Below are positions 36,452 through 46,256 of a stretch of DNA of 64,000 nt, in pieces. The stretch is from NCBI GenBank assembly GCA_009784825.1, contig WQXO01000001.1:1599-65598 (forward strand). The letters are read 5' to 3'. Every line of letters begins with the position of its first letter. Position 1 is the first letter of the stretch. The notes below the pieces were generated by a model. It was given only the letters and a program-made list of their open reading frames with translations. It was not told where the DNA came from and did not search any database. The stretch comes from Oscillospiraceae bacterium. Lineage in GTDB: Bacteria; Bacillota; Clostridia; Oscillospirales; Ruminococcaceae. Both the position numbers and the translations under genes were made by a program.

Positions 36452-37315
36452 TTAATCTTTTAATCCCGATTGTGCCATGGTTTCTAATACGTTACTTTGA
36501 CAGAATATAAACAATATCATTGGCGGGGTCATAATAAACACTGTTGCCGCCGCCGCAACCCCCATCCTCGCTAACCCCGAGGCACCGATTTGCGACATAA
36601 CCGTCGGCAAGGTTTTGAGAGCTTCATTATATATATAGTTGCTTCCGGTTATCTGCCACGCTCCCGTGAATGCGAAAATCAGAAGCGTTATCCAAGCGGG
36701 TTTGACGTTCGGCATAACTATCTGCCAGCAAATTTTCACGTGACCCGCCCCGTCTAACTGGGCTGCTTCTATCATTGAGTCGTGGATTTGCCCCATAAAC
36801 TGCCTCATAAAGAATATTGACAGCGGTGTCGCAATAAACGGCAGAGTGATTGCGAAATAGGTGTTAATCATTCCGAGCCTTGCCAAAACCATATAAACCA
36901 TGATACCGGTTACGGTGGATTGGAAAAGCAGTGAAATTTCAATTATTTTATTAAGTGCCTTTATTCCGGGGACTTTAACTTTTGCCAATATGTATGCCGC
37001 AGAGGAGGCAAACAGCAATTGTGACACAGTAACAACAACGGTTACGAATATTGAGTTAAAGAAATATCTCGAAAACGGCACCCACATGTTACCTGCCGCT
37101 TGAAACAGTTCAATAAAATTCTGGTTTGTCGGACGCATGGCGTACATCTTCGGCGGGAAAATGAAGAACTCCTCCACCGGCTTAATCGACTGAATAACAG
37201 ACAGATATATGGGGAACATCATGAACACTCCCACTCCTGCCAGCAGAATAAATATCATTATATCGCCGCCCACCGAGCCGCTGTATTTCTTCCGTCTTCT
37301 TGGTATTAATTTCAT
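36452..37315 (-). CDS. MalG-type carbohydrate ABC permease
   Basis: EAA-loop IEAAQLDGAGHVKICWQIVMPNVKPA. Confidence 0.85.
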   Translation of the reverse strand: MKLIPRRRKKYSGSVGGDIMIFILLAGVGVFMMFPIYLSVIQSIKPVEEFFIFPPKMYAMRPTNQNFIELFQAAGNMWVPFSRYFFNSIFVTVVVTVSQLLFASSAAYILAKVKVPGIKALNKIIEISLLFQSTVTGIMVYMVLARLGMINTYFAITLPFIATPLSIFFMRQFMGQIHDSMIEAAQLDGAGHVKICWQIVMPNVKPAWITLLIFAFTGAWQITGSNYIYNEALKTLPTVMSQIGASGLARMGVAAAATVFIMTPPMILFIFCQSNVLETMAQSGLKD

Positions 37316-37327
37316 ACTTTATCTCCC

Positions 37328-38308
37328 CTACCCGTCTAAGTATTTTCCGAGAATTTTCTTTATCCCCCAGTTAGCAAGCAACATCGATAAAAACAGGATA
37401 AAGCAGATTGCCGAGGCATAGCCCATTTCAAAACGCACAGCTCCATAGTCGTGTGCATGGTTCATAATCGAGTGGGCTCGATAGTCGGTTGTGGGGAATG
37501 CTGTCAACCAAAGCGAAACATGTCCCGCCGCAAACGATGCTGTGATTTGCATAACTGCCGCGAACAGCAATTGCGGTCCCATCGCCGGAATAGTAATGTG
37601 CAAGAGTTCTTGAGCCCTGCTCTTTATTCCCTCAATCGCACCCGCTTCGTACCTTTCTGCGGGGATTCCCTGAAACCCTGCACGAATGGCAAGGAAGCCC
37701 GCTCCCAACGCCATCCAAATCTGAACGACTATAACAACACCCATAATCAGATTACCGTCTGTCAGCCACTGCTGGGCACCGTTAATTATTCCTAAGTTCA
37801 CCAACCACGCATTTAATATTCCGTAAGCGTCTCCCGAGAAAATCAACTGCCATGTGGTATAAATATTTCCTGAAAGTGTCGGAGCGTAGAACACAAAAGT
37901 AAATACAGTTTTGAAATGCCCGGGAAGCTGGTTAATAAACCACGCCAATAAGAAACATGACGCATAACTCAGCGGACCTGTAATAAACGCAAATACTAAT
38001 GTGTTTTGGATGGAAATCAAGAAGACCTCGTCCTCCAAAAGTAAGGTATAAAAGTTGTTAAAACCCACCCACTTTGGGAACGTAACCATATTAAAGTTCG
38101 TAAACCCCATAGGCAAAGCCATGGTTACGGGGATAAACGTCATTACCAAAAACAACAGGAAATACGGTGCAAGCATTAAATATGCACTTTTGTTTCTCCC
38201 CATTTCCCTTACGGTATATCGAAAACGGCTGTCCTCGATGTTTTTCATCGGTTTTAAGTTTTTACCCTTGTCGGGAATCATTTCTTTTTTATCGGCAACT
38301 TTTTCCAA
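37328..38308 (-). CDS. MalF-type carbohydrate ABC permease
   Basis: EAA-loop ERYEAGAIEGIKSRAQELLHITIPAMGP. TTG start preceded by GGGAGGAAA. Confidence 0.8.
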   Translation of the reverse strand: MEKVADKKEMIPDKGKNLKPMKNIEDSRFRYTVREMGRNKSAYLMLAPYFLLFLVMTFIPVTMALPMGFTNFNMVTFPKWVGFNNFYTLLLEDEVFLISIQNTLVFAFITGPLSYASCFLLAWFINQLPGHFKTVFTFVFYAPTLSGNIYTTWQLIFSGDAYGILNAWLVNLGIINGAQQWLTDGNLIMGVVIVVQIWMALGAGFLAIRAGFQGIPAERYEAGAIEGIKSRAQELLHITIPAMGPQLLFAAVMQITASFAAGHVSLWLTAFPTTDYRAHSIMNHAHDYGAVRFEMGYASAICFILFLSMLLANWGIKKILGKYLDG

Positions 38309-38359
38309 GGATATTTCCTCCCTTGATAAATTTTGTGGTTAATACTTCGTTATATCCGG

Positions 38360-41335
38360 CTAACCGTAATGTGATGCAAGCTCTTCGTTTTTACGTGTTA
38401 TTTCTGCATTTATATCTCGGTCATAGCTGTTTATAGCGTATCTCGGCAGCCAGTTATCGTTTACCACTGCCCTGAATGCGTTTTTAACGTGTCGTGTCGC
38501 CGCATAGTTTGCAGGTATCATCGGAATTTCAATCAAAGCATCTCTCTGTTGAGCCAATTTCCGATATTCCACCTCTGACCATGAAAGGTTTCCGAGGGCT
38601 TCGAGGTTCGCAGTGTCAAAACGCCCCAACGGTCCTAACATAGCCTCCATCATTTGACCGAACCTTACCTGTGTGTCGGTGCTGGTGAACCATTTAATAA
38701 ACTCCCACGCCAACTCTTTGTCCTTGGCTTTGTCGAATATAATCGCACCCCACGCCGCACTCGATGCCGCATAATTGATATATTCTTCGCCCTGTTCATT
38801 AATTCTCTTTGTACCCGGAACATGGGTGAAGTCCCATAATCCTTTCAGCTCGGGAGCGGCGGCACTTACTTGGTTGAAGAAGTTATACGGTTGAATGACT
38901 ATCGGCATTTCGCCTGTTCTGAAACGTGTAAACGGGTCATACCACTGTTCAAACTTATAAACGGTATAGAACTTCGTCCACATAGTAAACGCTGAAATGC
39001 TTGCTTCGGTGTCAAATGTGGTGCGTGACAGGTCTTCCGTGTAGAAGTTCTGCCCTGTTTGAAGCTGTAACAATGTAAAGGTTTCGCCCGGCTCAAATAT
39101 TGTGCTGGACAAGTTTGTAGCGGGAGGAACTAATCCGATTTCAAGATACGCTCTGTTAAGAACGCCGATTGCTATTATAAAATCATCCCATGTTTCCGGC
39201 GGCTCAAGATTTAAGTCTTCTAAAATATCCGTTCGGTAGAACATCATCGGGAACTGCTGTGAAACAGGCAAACCGTACACCCCGCCCCGATACGTAAAGA
39301 AAGTAGGCAGGTTGGGTGCAAATCGAGTCGCCACCTCCTCATAATCCGGGAATTGCGTTAAATCAACGGTTAACTGTCGTGCGGCAAGCTGAACCGGGAA
39401 GTCACCTCCTACAAACAACGCAACCTCGGGGCCCTTTCCTGCAAGCGTAGCCTCCAAAATCGAGCCTTGAACAAGGTTAATCGCAACAGGCGTATCCTCA
39501 TTTTTAATATTAAAGTCGTTATCCACCATTGTTTTAACTGCTAACGCCTGGTCACGACCTAAGCAGACCCACACGTTTAACCCGCCCTCGTCGGTAAGCC
39601 GGGTATAATCTTCAAAGAATGAACCAATAAACCCTCTCCACTGGAACGCCATTTCCTCCCAGAAATTGGGCTTGGCTTTTCCGACGGTTTCATGAACGGT
39701 TAAAATTTCGATATAATCCAATTCCAACGGCTGGTATGACTTTTCCCTCATCCATGCTGAAATGGCAATAATGTTATCTTTTATCGTTTTATGCATTTGC
39801 GGAATTCTGTCGGGTTTGTCAACACATCTTTGCAATATAACTGCCATTGTCTGAAGTGTTGACGCCTCCGAACCGCGAATGGAATATTTTTCGATGTTTT
39901 CTTTTTCTAAAAGAAGCTGCTCGATTAAATGCTCGAAAATCGGAATAAGCTCGGGAATTTGCTTTTCCACATAATACATGTTAAACTCATCGGGGTTTGG
40001 CCCTGTTATCATGAGAATACGACGATAGTAATAGTTCAGCAAAAACAGAACATTCTCCATTCTCTGCATGGTTTCGCCGATTTCCCCCGGAACAGCCTCC
40101 ACTGTAATTGTGTGTGTTCCCCTTGTAAGGAATATGTATATATCCTCCCCCTCTTCATCGTGGAAGGTCTGTTGATACCACCTTATTTGGTACGGAAATT
40201 TTTGACAGTTAAATTCCTCAACGGGGACTTCACCGTTAATGTAGATTCGGCGGTTGGAATAGAACCCCCTCAGCATATTTTGTTTCACTTTTGCTGAAAT
40301 GCGGTAATACCCGTCTGCGGGGACGCTGAATTCCCATGTGGCTGATTGCCCTGATTTTGCCCATGACTCATTGCCACCCATAGTGTTATACCGCATTTTT
40401 ACGGGGTGGCTCGGGCTGACTAAATATGTTCCCCTGTCGTATGTGGGGACTAATTCTGACGATGTTTTATAGAGCGGGGTCTGTCCTTGTAATATAATGG
40501 TTTTTGAACCGATTTCGTTCTGCCATTCCGAATCTGCGAAAAGAGGAGGGGTGGCATAAAGCTGTTCCTGTGTCGGTTTAATATCGGCATAGGGGACTAA
40601 ATCGGGATAATTCTTAAAAGTCATGGATTTAAACACTGTCCCCACTTTTATGCCCTCTAATGTTATAGTGTTGGTTCCTTTTTCAAGATAGAAGAAATAC
40701 GGCTCGTTGAACAGCCCCTCTTTATCCTTAACGGGGTAATGAATCCATTTTTCATGTTCTACTTGAAGCGGGAGAAGCTCGTTATCTCTTTTATCTTTTT
40801 CAATAGTGTTTGCGTTTTTCCATAAACGGTCAAGCTCTATGTTTTTAGCGGCGGAGAACGGATATTCCCCGTTAATCATTATACCAACGTCAACGGTGTT
40901 GTTTCTTTTAGGGAGCGGTCTGTAATAAAACTCTAAGTTATATATCCCGGCAACCTCAACCTCGAAGATATATTCCACCATACCAAGGTCGTTTTCCCAA
41001 TAAAGGCAGCTTCTTTCAGCGGCATAATCATCAACTCTCAACGAAGGAAGTTCTCCGAAAACCTTGTCTCCGGAAACCCCGTCATAATCTTTCATTTCTA
41101 TGTATATCACTTCATCGGGGCGGTTGTCCCTCCCCTCACTTTTAATGTTGGCGAGATAATACTGGTACAGGTCTTCTCGTGTGCTTCCCCCCATTATGCC
41201 GAGGTTTACACCCTCTCTATCGGTTGCGGTGTTTTCATCCTGCTGAGCGAACCCCGGGAATGTAAATCCCGTAGCCAACATAATTCCGGATAAAACTATA
41301 CCTGCCGCTTTTTTGTAAAACCGCTCAATTCTCAT
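38360..41335 (-). CDS. 991-aa extracellular solute-binding protein with a ~550-aa N-terminal extension (two CBM-like beta-sandwich modules)
   Basis: Signal peptide. The C-terminal ~420 aa have family-1 SBP character. The start overlaps the stop of the upstream ATPase gene (ATGA). Confidence 0.65.
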   Translation of the reverse strand: MRIERFYKKAAGIVLSGIMLATGFTFPGFAQQDENTATDREGVNLGIMGGSTREDLYQYYLANIKSEGRDNRPDEVIYIEMKDYDGVSGDKVFGELPSLRVDDYAAERSCLYWENDLGMVEYIFEVEVAGIYNLEFYYRPLPKRNNTVDVGIMINGEYPFSAAKNIELDRLWKNANTIEKDKRDNELLPLQVEHEKWIHYPVKDKEGLFNEPYFFYLEKGTNTITLEGIKVGTVFKSMTFKNYPDLVPYADIKPTQEQLYATPPLFADSEWQNEIGSKTIILQGQTPLYKTSSELVPTYDRGTYLVSPSHPVKMRYNTMGGNESWAKSGQSATWEFSVPADGYYRISAKVKQNMLRGFYSNRRIYINGEVPVEEFNCQKFPYQIRWYQQTFHDEEGEDIYIFLTRGTHTITVEAVPGEIGETMQRMENVLFLLNYYYRRILMITGPNPDEFNMYYVEKQIPELIPIFEHLIEQLLLEKENIEKYSIRGSEASTLQTMAVILQRCVDKPDRIPQMHKTIKDNIIAISAWMREKSYQPLELDYIEILTVHETVGKAKPNFWEEMAFQWRGFIGSFFEDYTRLTDEGGLNVWVCLGRDQALAVKTMVDNDFNIKNEDTPVAINLVQGSILEATLAGKGPEVALFVGGDFPVQLAARQLTVDLTQFPDYEEVATRFAPNLPTFFTYRGGVYGLPVSQQFPMMFYRTDILEDLNLEPPETWDDFIIAIGVLNRAYLEIGLVPPATNLSSTIFEPGETFTLLQLQTGQNFYTEDLSRTTFDTEASISAFTMWTKFYTVYKFEQWYDPFTRFRTGEMPIVIQPYNFFNQVSAAAPELKGLWDFTHVPGTKRINEQGEEYINYAASSAAWGAIIFDKAKDKELAWEFIKWFTSTDTQVRFGQMMEAMLGPLGRFDTANLEALGNLSWSEVEYRKLAQQRDALIEIPMIPANYAATRHVKNAFRAVVNDNWLPRYAINSYDRDINAEITRKNEELASHYG

Positions 41336-42279
41336 AATTTATTCTCCTGTTTTGGTAATATAACAATTTTCTCGTTTTCTAATTCAACTTTTACCTTGTC
41401 GCCGCCTTTAATGCCTAACGCTGTAAGATATTCTTTCGGGATTTGCAACCGCCCCGCTCGGTCAAGAACCACTAATTCCTCGTGATGCGTTTCTGTCTGT
41501 TGGGGGGAGGTCAACCCGCCCGTTTTTCCTGCTAATTCTTCAAGCGAAACAACGTCTATGTTCTTACGAATGAATTCCGACGATGTTTTCCCGTCACGAA
41601 TGGCGACCACACGGTCAATTTCTTTTGAAAGGTTTATGTCGTGGGTTACTATAATAATAGTAACGCCTGTTTTTTTGTTTAGTGTTCTGAACGCTTCGAG
41701 GACGTTTTTGGCGGTTTTCGAGTCCACCGAGCCTGTCGGCTCATCTGCAAGGAGCAGCTTCGGATTTCCCGATAACGCAATCGCTATTGCTACTCTTTGT
41801 TGTTCCCCGCCCGAAAGCTGTCCGGGATATGCGTCCTTTCGGTGAGTCAGCTCTACTAATTCTAAAAGCTCCTCCGCTCGCCGCCGTCTGTTTTTAAATC
41901 CGGAAAGCAGTAACGGCATTTCTACGTTTTGAAGTGCAGTTAAATAAGGGATTAGGTTTCTTGCCGAGTTTTGCCACACAAACCCCACCGTTGAACGCTT
42001 ATATTCGGTTAATTCCGCTTCGCCGAATTTCAGCATGTCATGTCCGTCAATAAATAAAGCACCCGCTGACGGTTTGTCTAATCCGCCGAGTAAATTCAAA
42101 AGCGTTGATTTTCCCGAACCGGACGAGCCGATTATGCCCATAACCTCACCACGGTTCACGGTTAAGTCTAACCCTTGTAACGCCATGACCTCGACGCCTT
42201 TTTTCTTATATATCTTAACTAAGTTATCGCACCTGACCATAATGTGTTCCGGAGGTGCAAGCAACACTTGTTTCGGCAT
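41332..42279 (-). CDS. LolD/MacB-type ABC ATPase fused to a C-terminal SpoVT/AbrB-like domain
   Basis: Walker A GSSGSGKST, signature LSGGEQQRVAIA, Walker B LLLADEPT. C-terminal RLQIPKEYLTALGIKGGDKVKVELENEKIVILP. GGAG lies 6 nt upstream of the ATG at 42279. Confidence 0.8.
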   Translation of the reverse strand: MPKQVLLAPPEHIMVRCDNLVKIYKKKGVEVMALQGLDLTVNRGEVMGIIGSSGSGKSTLLNLLGGLDKPSAGALFIDGHDMLKFGEAELTEYKRSTVGFVWQNSARNLIPYLTALQNVEMPLLLSGFKNRRRRAEELLELVELTHRKDAYPGQLSGGEQQRVAIAIALSGNPKLLLADEPTGSVDSKTAKNVLEAFRTLNKKTGVTIIIVTHDINLSKEIDRVVAIRDGKTSSEFIRKNIDVVSLEELAGKTGGLTSPQQTETHHEELVVLDRAGRLQIPKEYLTALGIKGGDKVKVELENEKIVILPKQENKL

Positions 42280-42393
42280 TATGAACTCCAATTAATAATT
42301 AATAGTTAATAATTAATAATTTTTGTGTCGCCTGCGGCGACGAGTTTAAATAAAATCTTTGCGTATGCAAATGCCATAATTATTCATTATTAA

Positions 42394-43068
42394 TTATTCT
42401 TTGTTAATTATTATTCCGTCTTCAAGAGTATATGTAACATTCGCAGATTCCATCATTGCTTCGTCGTGGGTGGTCATTATAATTGTATGCTTGTGTTCGC
42501 TGTCTTTTACTAAATCCCGAAAAAGTTTCATCACTGCTAACCCGGTAACGGTATCAAGCTCTGCTGTAGGCTCGTCTGCGAAAATCAACTTAGGCTCATG
42601 GCAGATTGCTCTTGCTATTGCTACTCTTTGCTGTTCACCGCCCGACAACTCTGCGGGGACGTGCTTCATTCGTTTTTCCAGCCCCACTCTTGCGAGGCAC
42701 TCTTTAGCTCGTTTTGACCTATTCTTTGCGGGAACATTCGCCAGTCTTAGGGCAAGCTCCACGTTTTCTAACGCTGTCATGCTCCCGATTAAAGCAACCG
42801 ACTGGAACACAAACGCCATTTCGCTTCTTCTGAGCTTGTCTTTTTTTATTTGAGAATAAGCGGTAATATCCTCACCGCCGAATGTGACAATACCCTCTGT
42901 AGGGGAATCCAACGCTCCGAGAATATTAATTAGCGTTGTTTTTCCCGAGCCGCTCCTCCCTCTCAAACAAACCAACTCACCCTCGTTAACATCAAGGTTT
43001 ATTCCCGAAAGAGCTTTAACGCTCCCGAATTCTTTTGTTATATTCCGTGCGGTTAACAAAACAGCCAT
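42394..43068 (-). CDS. LolD/MacB-type ABC ATPase
   Basis: Walker A GRSGSGKTT, LSGGEQQRVAIA, LIFADEPT. Own TTGACA-N17-TATACT promoter at about 43100-43135. Confidence 0.85.
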   Translation of the reverse strand: MAVLLTARNITKEFGSVKALSGINLDVNEGELVCLRGRSGSGKTTLINILGALDSPTEGIVTFGGEDITAYSQIKKDKLRRSEMAFVFQSVALIGSMTALENVELALRLANVPAKNRSKRAKECLARVGLEKRMKHVPAELSGGEQQRVAIARAICHEPKLIFADEPTAELDTVTGLAVMKLFRDLVKDSEHKHTIIMTTHDEAMMESANVTYTLEDGIIINKE

Positions 43069-43176
43069 TGATTCTCCTGCCGAATTTTTACATAATGTTT
43101 ACATAAGTATAACAATTATGTCATGCTTTGTCAATATGTATGAAAACGATTTCAAAATATTGTAAAAAAATACCAA

Positions 43177-44658
43177 CTATATCTTAATCTTCGCATACCC
43201 TGTAATTTCAAGACCCAACCAAATCCGCGATTCTCTGAACCGTGCCGGAATGGTCAAATCGTCTTTATCGCCGACGCAGGTGACAATGTTCTTGACAAAA
43301 ACCCCCTCAAACGCCGCAAAATCATCGGGGAAACCCTCGATTTCCCAAATCTCACGAATAACCTGGTCGGGGAAGCCACCCAAAACATTTCCGTTGTGGT
43401 AAAAAGAATATCCGCCTGTGACGGCGTTTTTCTCAATAATAAGCTCATGCCCTTCTTTAACCTTTTCGGCTATATAAAGCTGTAGTCTAACTGCATCTCC
43501 CGTTTCCTCGGCAAGAAAGCTCTTCCCGTCAACATCTCCCCATAAGCCAAGTTCCACATTCATACAACGAACCTGTTCCCCTTTATAGTTATCGGGACTG
43601 ACACGGCAAGCACGGTTGTTAAACCCGTCCAAGAAAACCCATGTCAACGGGTTCTCTTTTTTTATAATGGCATCAACCCCGTGTATTTCAGGTGTTTCTT
43701 TTTCGCTTTCCAAAAGAAGCACCTGGTCATATTCACCGTCAAGTATATCGGGAATTGTCACAGTTACGGCGGAATCCGGGTTGTCCATGTTCAGCATATG
43801 CTCGCTTACCGCCCCTGAACCGCTTAATGCATCTGCGAGGGCGTTAATTTTTAACGTGTTTGTGTCGCTTTCGCCGAACATCTCGTATAAAGCGTTATAG
43901 AACTCCAACGCCTCCTCGTCTGAGCCGCCGACTCTTACAAAATAACGGTCAAGAAAAGCGTCTTTCTCGATTTCTTCCCCGCAATAATCCCAGAACACAT
44001 CTGCAATTCTGCGGTTTAAGGTATACCCCTCCGAACACAGCAGGCGGTGTTTTATACCTCTTTGATACAAAACTGTGGAGAAATACCCTGCCTCCTTTGT
44101 ATCTGCACAAATAACAAGCGTTTTAATATCTGTGTTGAACTCGATTTTTTCTGCGGTATACGGGTATACGGAATATTCAAGGTCCTTGTTTGTTTCTGCA
44201 ATTGACACAATCTGCTCGTCGAATTGGTCTGCGGGTTCAAAGCTGATTCTGTCATGGTCGAAGCCGTATTCATCCTCAAGGAGAGTGACTTCCTCCTCCT
44301 CGACATTTGCACCCCTGTTAATACGCATAGCGTTCGGTAACGCCATACACCGCTCATAAGCGTGGCAGTTGACTTGCTCACAACGGCACGACCACACGGT
44401 TTTCCCGTCAACCAACGCCTTACCGTAGGCGTGTTCTTTTATTTTTGAAGCACGGCATATGACGTTCTGCTTCATTTCCTCAACCTGGGCACGGGAAAGA
44501 CGAGTCGCATAACTCTTAGGGAAACGCGACTTTAAAATGTTCAACGCCTTATGCCCATATACGCTCTTGATAAACGCTTCATCGGTTTGAAGAGTTTGTG
44601 CGGTGCGAACGTAAATGTTCGGGGCTATTGTAATGTTCGATTTTGTGGAAACCGGCAT
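43177..44658 (-). CDS. hypothetical protein with an N-terminal Cys/His cluster and a possible UvrD-C-like fold
   Basis: 493 aa. CRCEQVNCHAYERC cluster. Weak resemblance to a helicase C-terminal domain (KTLVICADTKEAGYFSTVLYQRGIKH.., VTVTIPDILDGEYDQVLLL). No Walker A seen. 16-nt gap to the Hsp70-like gene. Confidence 0.4.
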   Translation of the reverse strand: MPVSTKSNITIAPNIYVRTAQTLQTDEAFIKSVYGHKALNILKSRFPKSYATRLSRAQVEEMKQNVICRASKIKEHAYGKALVDGKTVWSCRCEQVNCHAYERCMALPNAMRINRGANVEEEEVTLLEDEYGFDHDRISFEPADQFDEQIVSIAETNKDLEYSVYPYTAEKIEFNTDIKTLVICADTKEAGYFSTVLYQRGIKHRLLCSEGYTLNRRIADVFWDYCGEEIEKDAFLDRYFVRVGGSDEEALEFYNALYEMFGESDTNTLKINALADALSGSGAVSEHMLNMDNPDSAVTVTIPDILDGEYDQVLLLESEKETPEIHGVDAIIKKENPLTWVFLDGFNNRACRVSPDNYKGEQVRCMNVELGLWGDVDGKSFLAEETGDAVRLQLYIAEKVKEGHELIIEKNAVTGGYSFYHNGNVLGGFPDQVIREIWEIEGFPDDFAAFEGVFVKNIVTCVGDKDDLTIPARFRESRIWLGLEITGYAKIKI

Positions 44659-44674
44659 AACTCAGCCTCTCTTT

Positions 44675-46168
44675 TTATTCAAATGTTTCTGTATCTGCAT
44701 TTTCGTTCGGCAGTCCTGCCAAATCATAATAAAACTTCAGTTTATTAATCTCGATTTTCCTGTTATAGTCCTCACCCATATATCTGTTCCTCACGAACAC
44801 TGCGGCGGTCTGGTCTTCGTCGATTTTTGCGGCAAGCTGCAAATTCTCCTGTAAGAAACCCTTAGCGTTAATGTTTAACTTACCGTATACAATAGTGTTG
44901 TTTTTGTTCGTGAAAATAAAATGTGCGTTTTGCGTATCCTCTGATAGCGAGAAGTTAATAGGCCCCGCCTTGCTCCCTACGTGGTCGGTGTTTTTCTTAA
45001 ATATGGGATAAACCGTTCCGTCGGTTAACAAAACCCCCACATCATCGTTTAAAACGAATTCGCCGCCGGTTGAAGCTAACAAGGTTGCACCCACAGCAAC
45101 AGACCATTGTGCGTTATCGGGGAGAATAATTTTTTCTCTCCCGAATATGTTGGCGACAGCGTGTGCGAACGGTTTTAAACCCACACTGCCTCCCACCATA
45201 ATAACTGCATCAACTCCCGAAGCACTGACCTCTGCTTGTTTCATGGCGTTACTGATTGCTTTTAAGGCACGTGACTTTATAATCGGGATAACTATGTCTT
45301 TAAACGTAGCATAGGATAAGGTGGTTTGTGCATCTCCGAAAGGCCCGTATCGCTTAAGCGAAATAACCTCATCTTCTTCGCTGAACGAAAAGTTGATTTT
45401 CGCTTTTTCGCACATAGAAATCAGCTTGTCCTTGTTCCCTGCGTCCATTTCGTCGAAGCTTAAATCAATCCCATACTTCGCCGCAAGGCGTGCGTGCATA
45501 CGATATGCGATTTCCCTGTCTATATCATCGCCGCCTGTTTTTTCGCCGTAGACCGAGCTTTCATAAACACGAGTGCCTTTTAAATCAAGAATACTTATGT
45601 CGAGTGTTCCGCCGCCCCAGTCCACCACCATTATGCGGCGATAAGCCCGATAAACCTCTTCATTGTTACGGTTGGCGATATATGCGGCGGTCGATTCCCC
45701 TGTGAACCCGATTAATTTAATTCCCGCTTTTTCGGCAGCACGTTTAAGCGAACGTCGAGCTTTTGCGGAAAAATCCACAGGAAAAGCCAACGCCGCTTCT
45801 TTAATATCGATTTTATATTGCTTGTGAATATATTTTTTAATATACTTGAAAAATGCACAGGTTACGTCTTCTCCGGAATAGCGGTTCTTCCCCGAAATAA
45901 CCTCCCTGTCTGAGCCGACATAGGTTTTCAGCGATGAAATGATATAGTGGGTTTCAGCTAATTCTAAGCGACGTTCACGGACTTCCCTGCCGAAAACCAA
46001 CTTGCCGCCCTCCTTAGGTATAGCGATGATTGAAGCAAACGGTGAATTCCCGTTTTCACCAAGACATTCGGTATACCCGCCGTTTTCGTCAGAGGTAATC
46101 CTGACCACGGCTGTATTGGTTGTCCCGAAATCAATTCCTATAAATGCTCCGTTTTTTCCGGCTTTCAT
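44675..46168 (-). CDS. non-canonical Hsp70-family ATPase (nucleotide-binding domain + short beta domain, no helical lid)
   Basis: GIDFGTTNTAV (phosphate 1), VVDWGGGTLDISIL (phosphate 2), VIMVGGSVGLKPF (adenosine). 497 aa versus about 610 for DnaK. Confidence 0.8.
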   Translation of the reverse strand: MKAGKNGAFIGIDFGTTNTAVVRITSDENGGYTECLGENGNSPFASIIAIPKEGGKLVFGREVRERRLELAETHYIISSLKTYVGSDREVISGKNRYSGEDVTCAFFKYIKKYIHKQYKIDIKEAALAFPVDFSAKARRSLKRAAEKAGIKLIGFTGESTAAYIANRNNEEVYRAYRRIMVVDWGGGTLDISILDLKGTRVYESSVYGEKTGGDDIDREIAYRMHARLAAKYGIDLSFDEMDAGNKDKLISMCEKAKINFSFSEEDEVISLKRYGPFGDAQTTLSYATFKDIVIPIIKSRALKAISNAMKQAEVSASGVDAVIMVGGSVGLKPFAHAVANIFGREKIILPDNAQWSVAVGATLLASTGGEFVLNDDVGVLLTDGTVYPIFKKNTDHVGSKAGPINFSLSEDTQNAHFIFTNKNNTIVYGKLNINAKGFLQENLQLAAKIDEDQTAAVFVRNRYMGEDYNRKIEINKLKFYYDLAGLPNENADTETFE

Positions 46169-46256
46169 AAAATTATACCTCTAATAGTTTTTAACTCCCC
46201 CGGCGAAGCCGGGCGTGCGTCCGCAGTAGTTTGCAACAAACTACGTTGCTCTGCGG

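Noticed and set aside
36737-36742. A third CACGTG core (AATTTTCACGTGACCCGC) as a possible degenerate parS.
   Set aside because: Only the central ~10 nt match and both outer arms deviate from TGTT/AACA. It lies deep inside a permease gene. Probably chance.
42293-42415. TAATAATTAA-type low-complexity tracts flanking a GTCGCC..GGCGAC hairpin between the two ATPase genes (a similar 14-mer occurs at 59841).
   Set aside because: AT-rich low-complexity sequence typical of intergenic spacers and promoters. The shared 14-mer is not informative. The isolated GTATGCAA half-site at 42363 is within chance expectation for an 8-mer in 64 kb.
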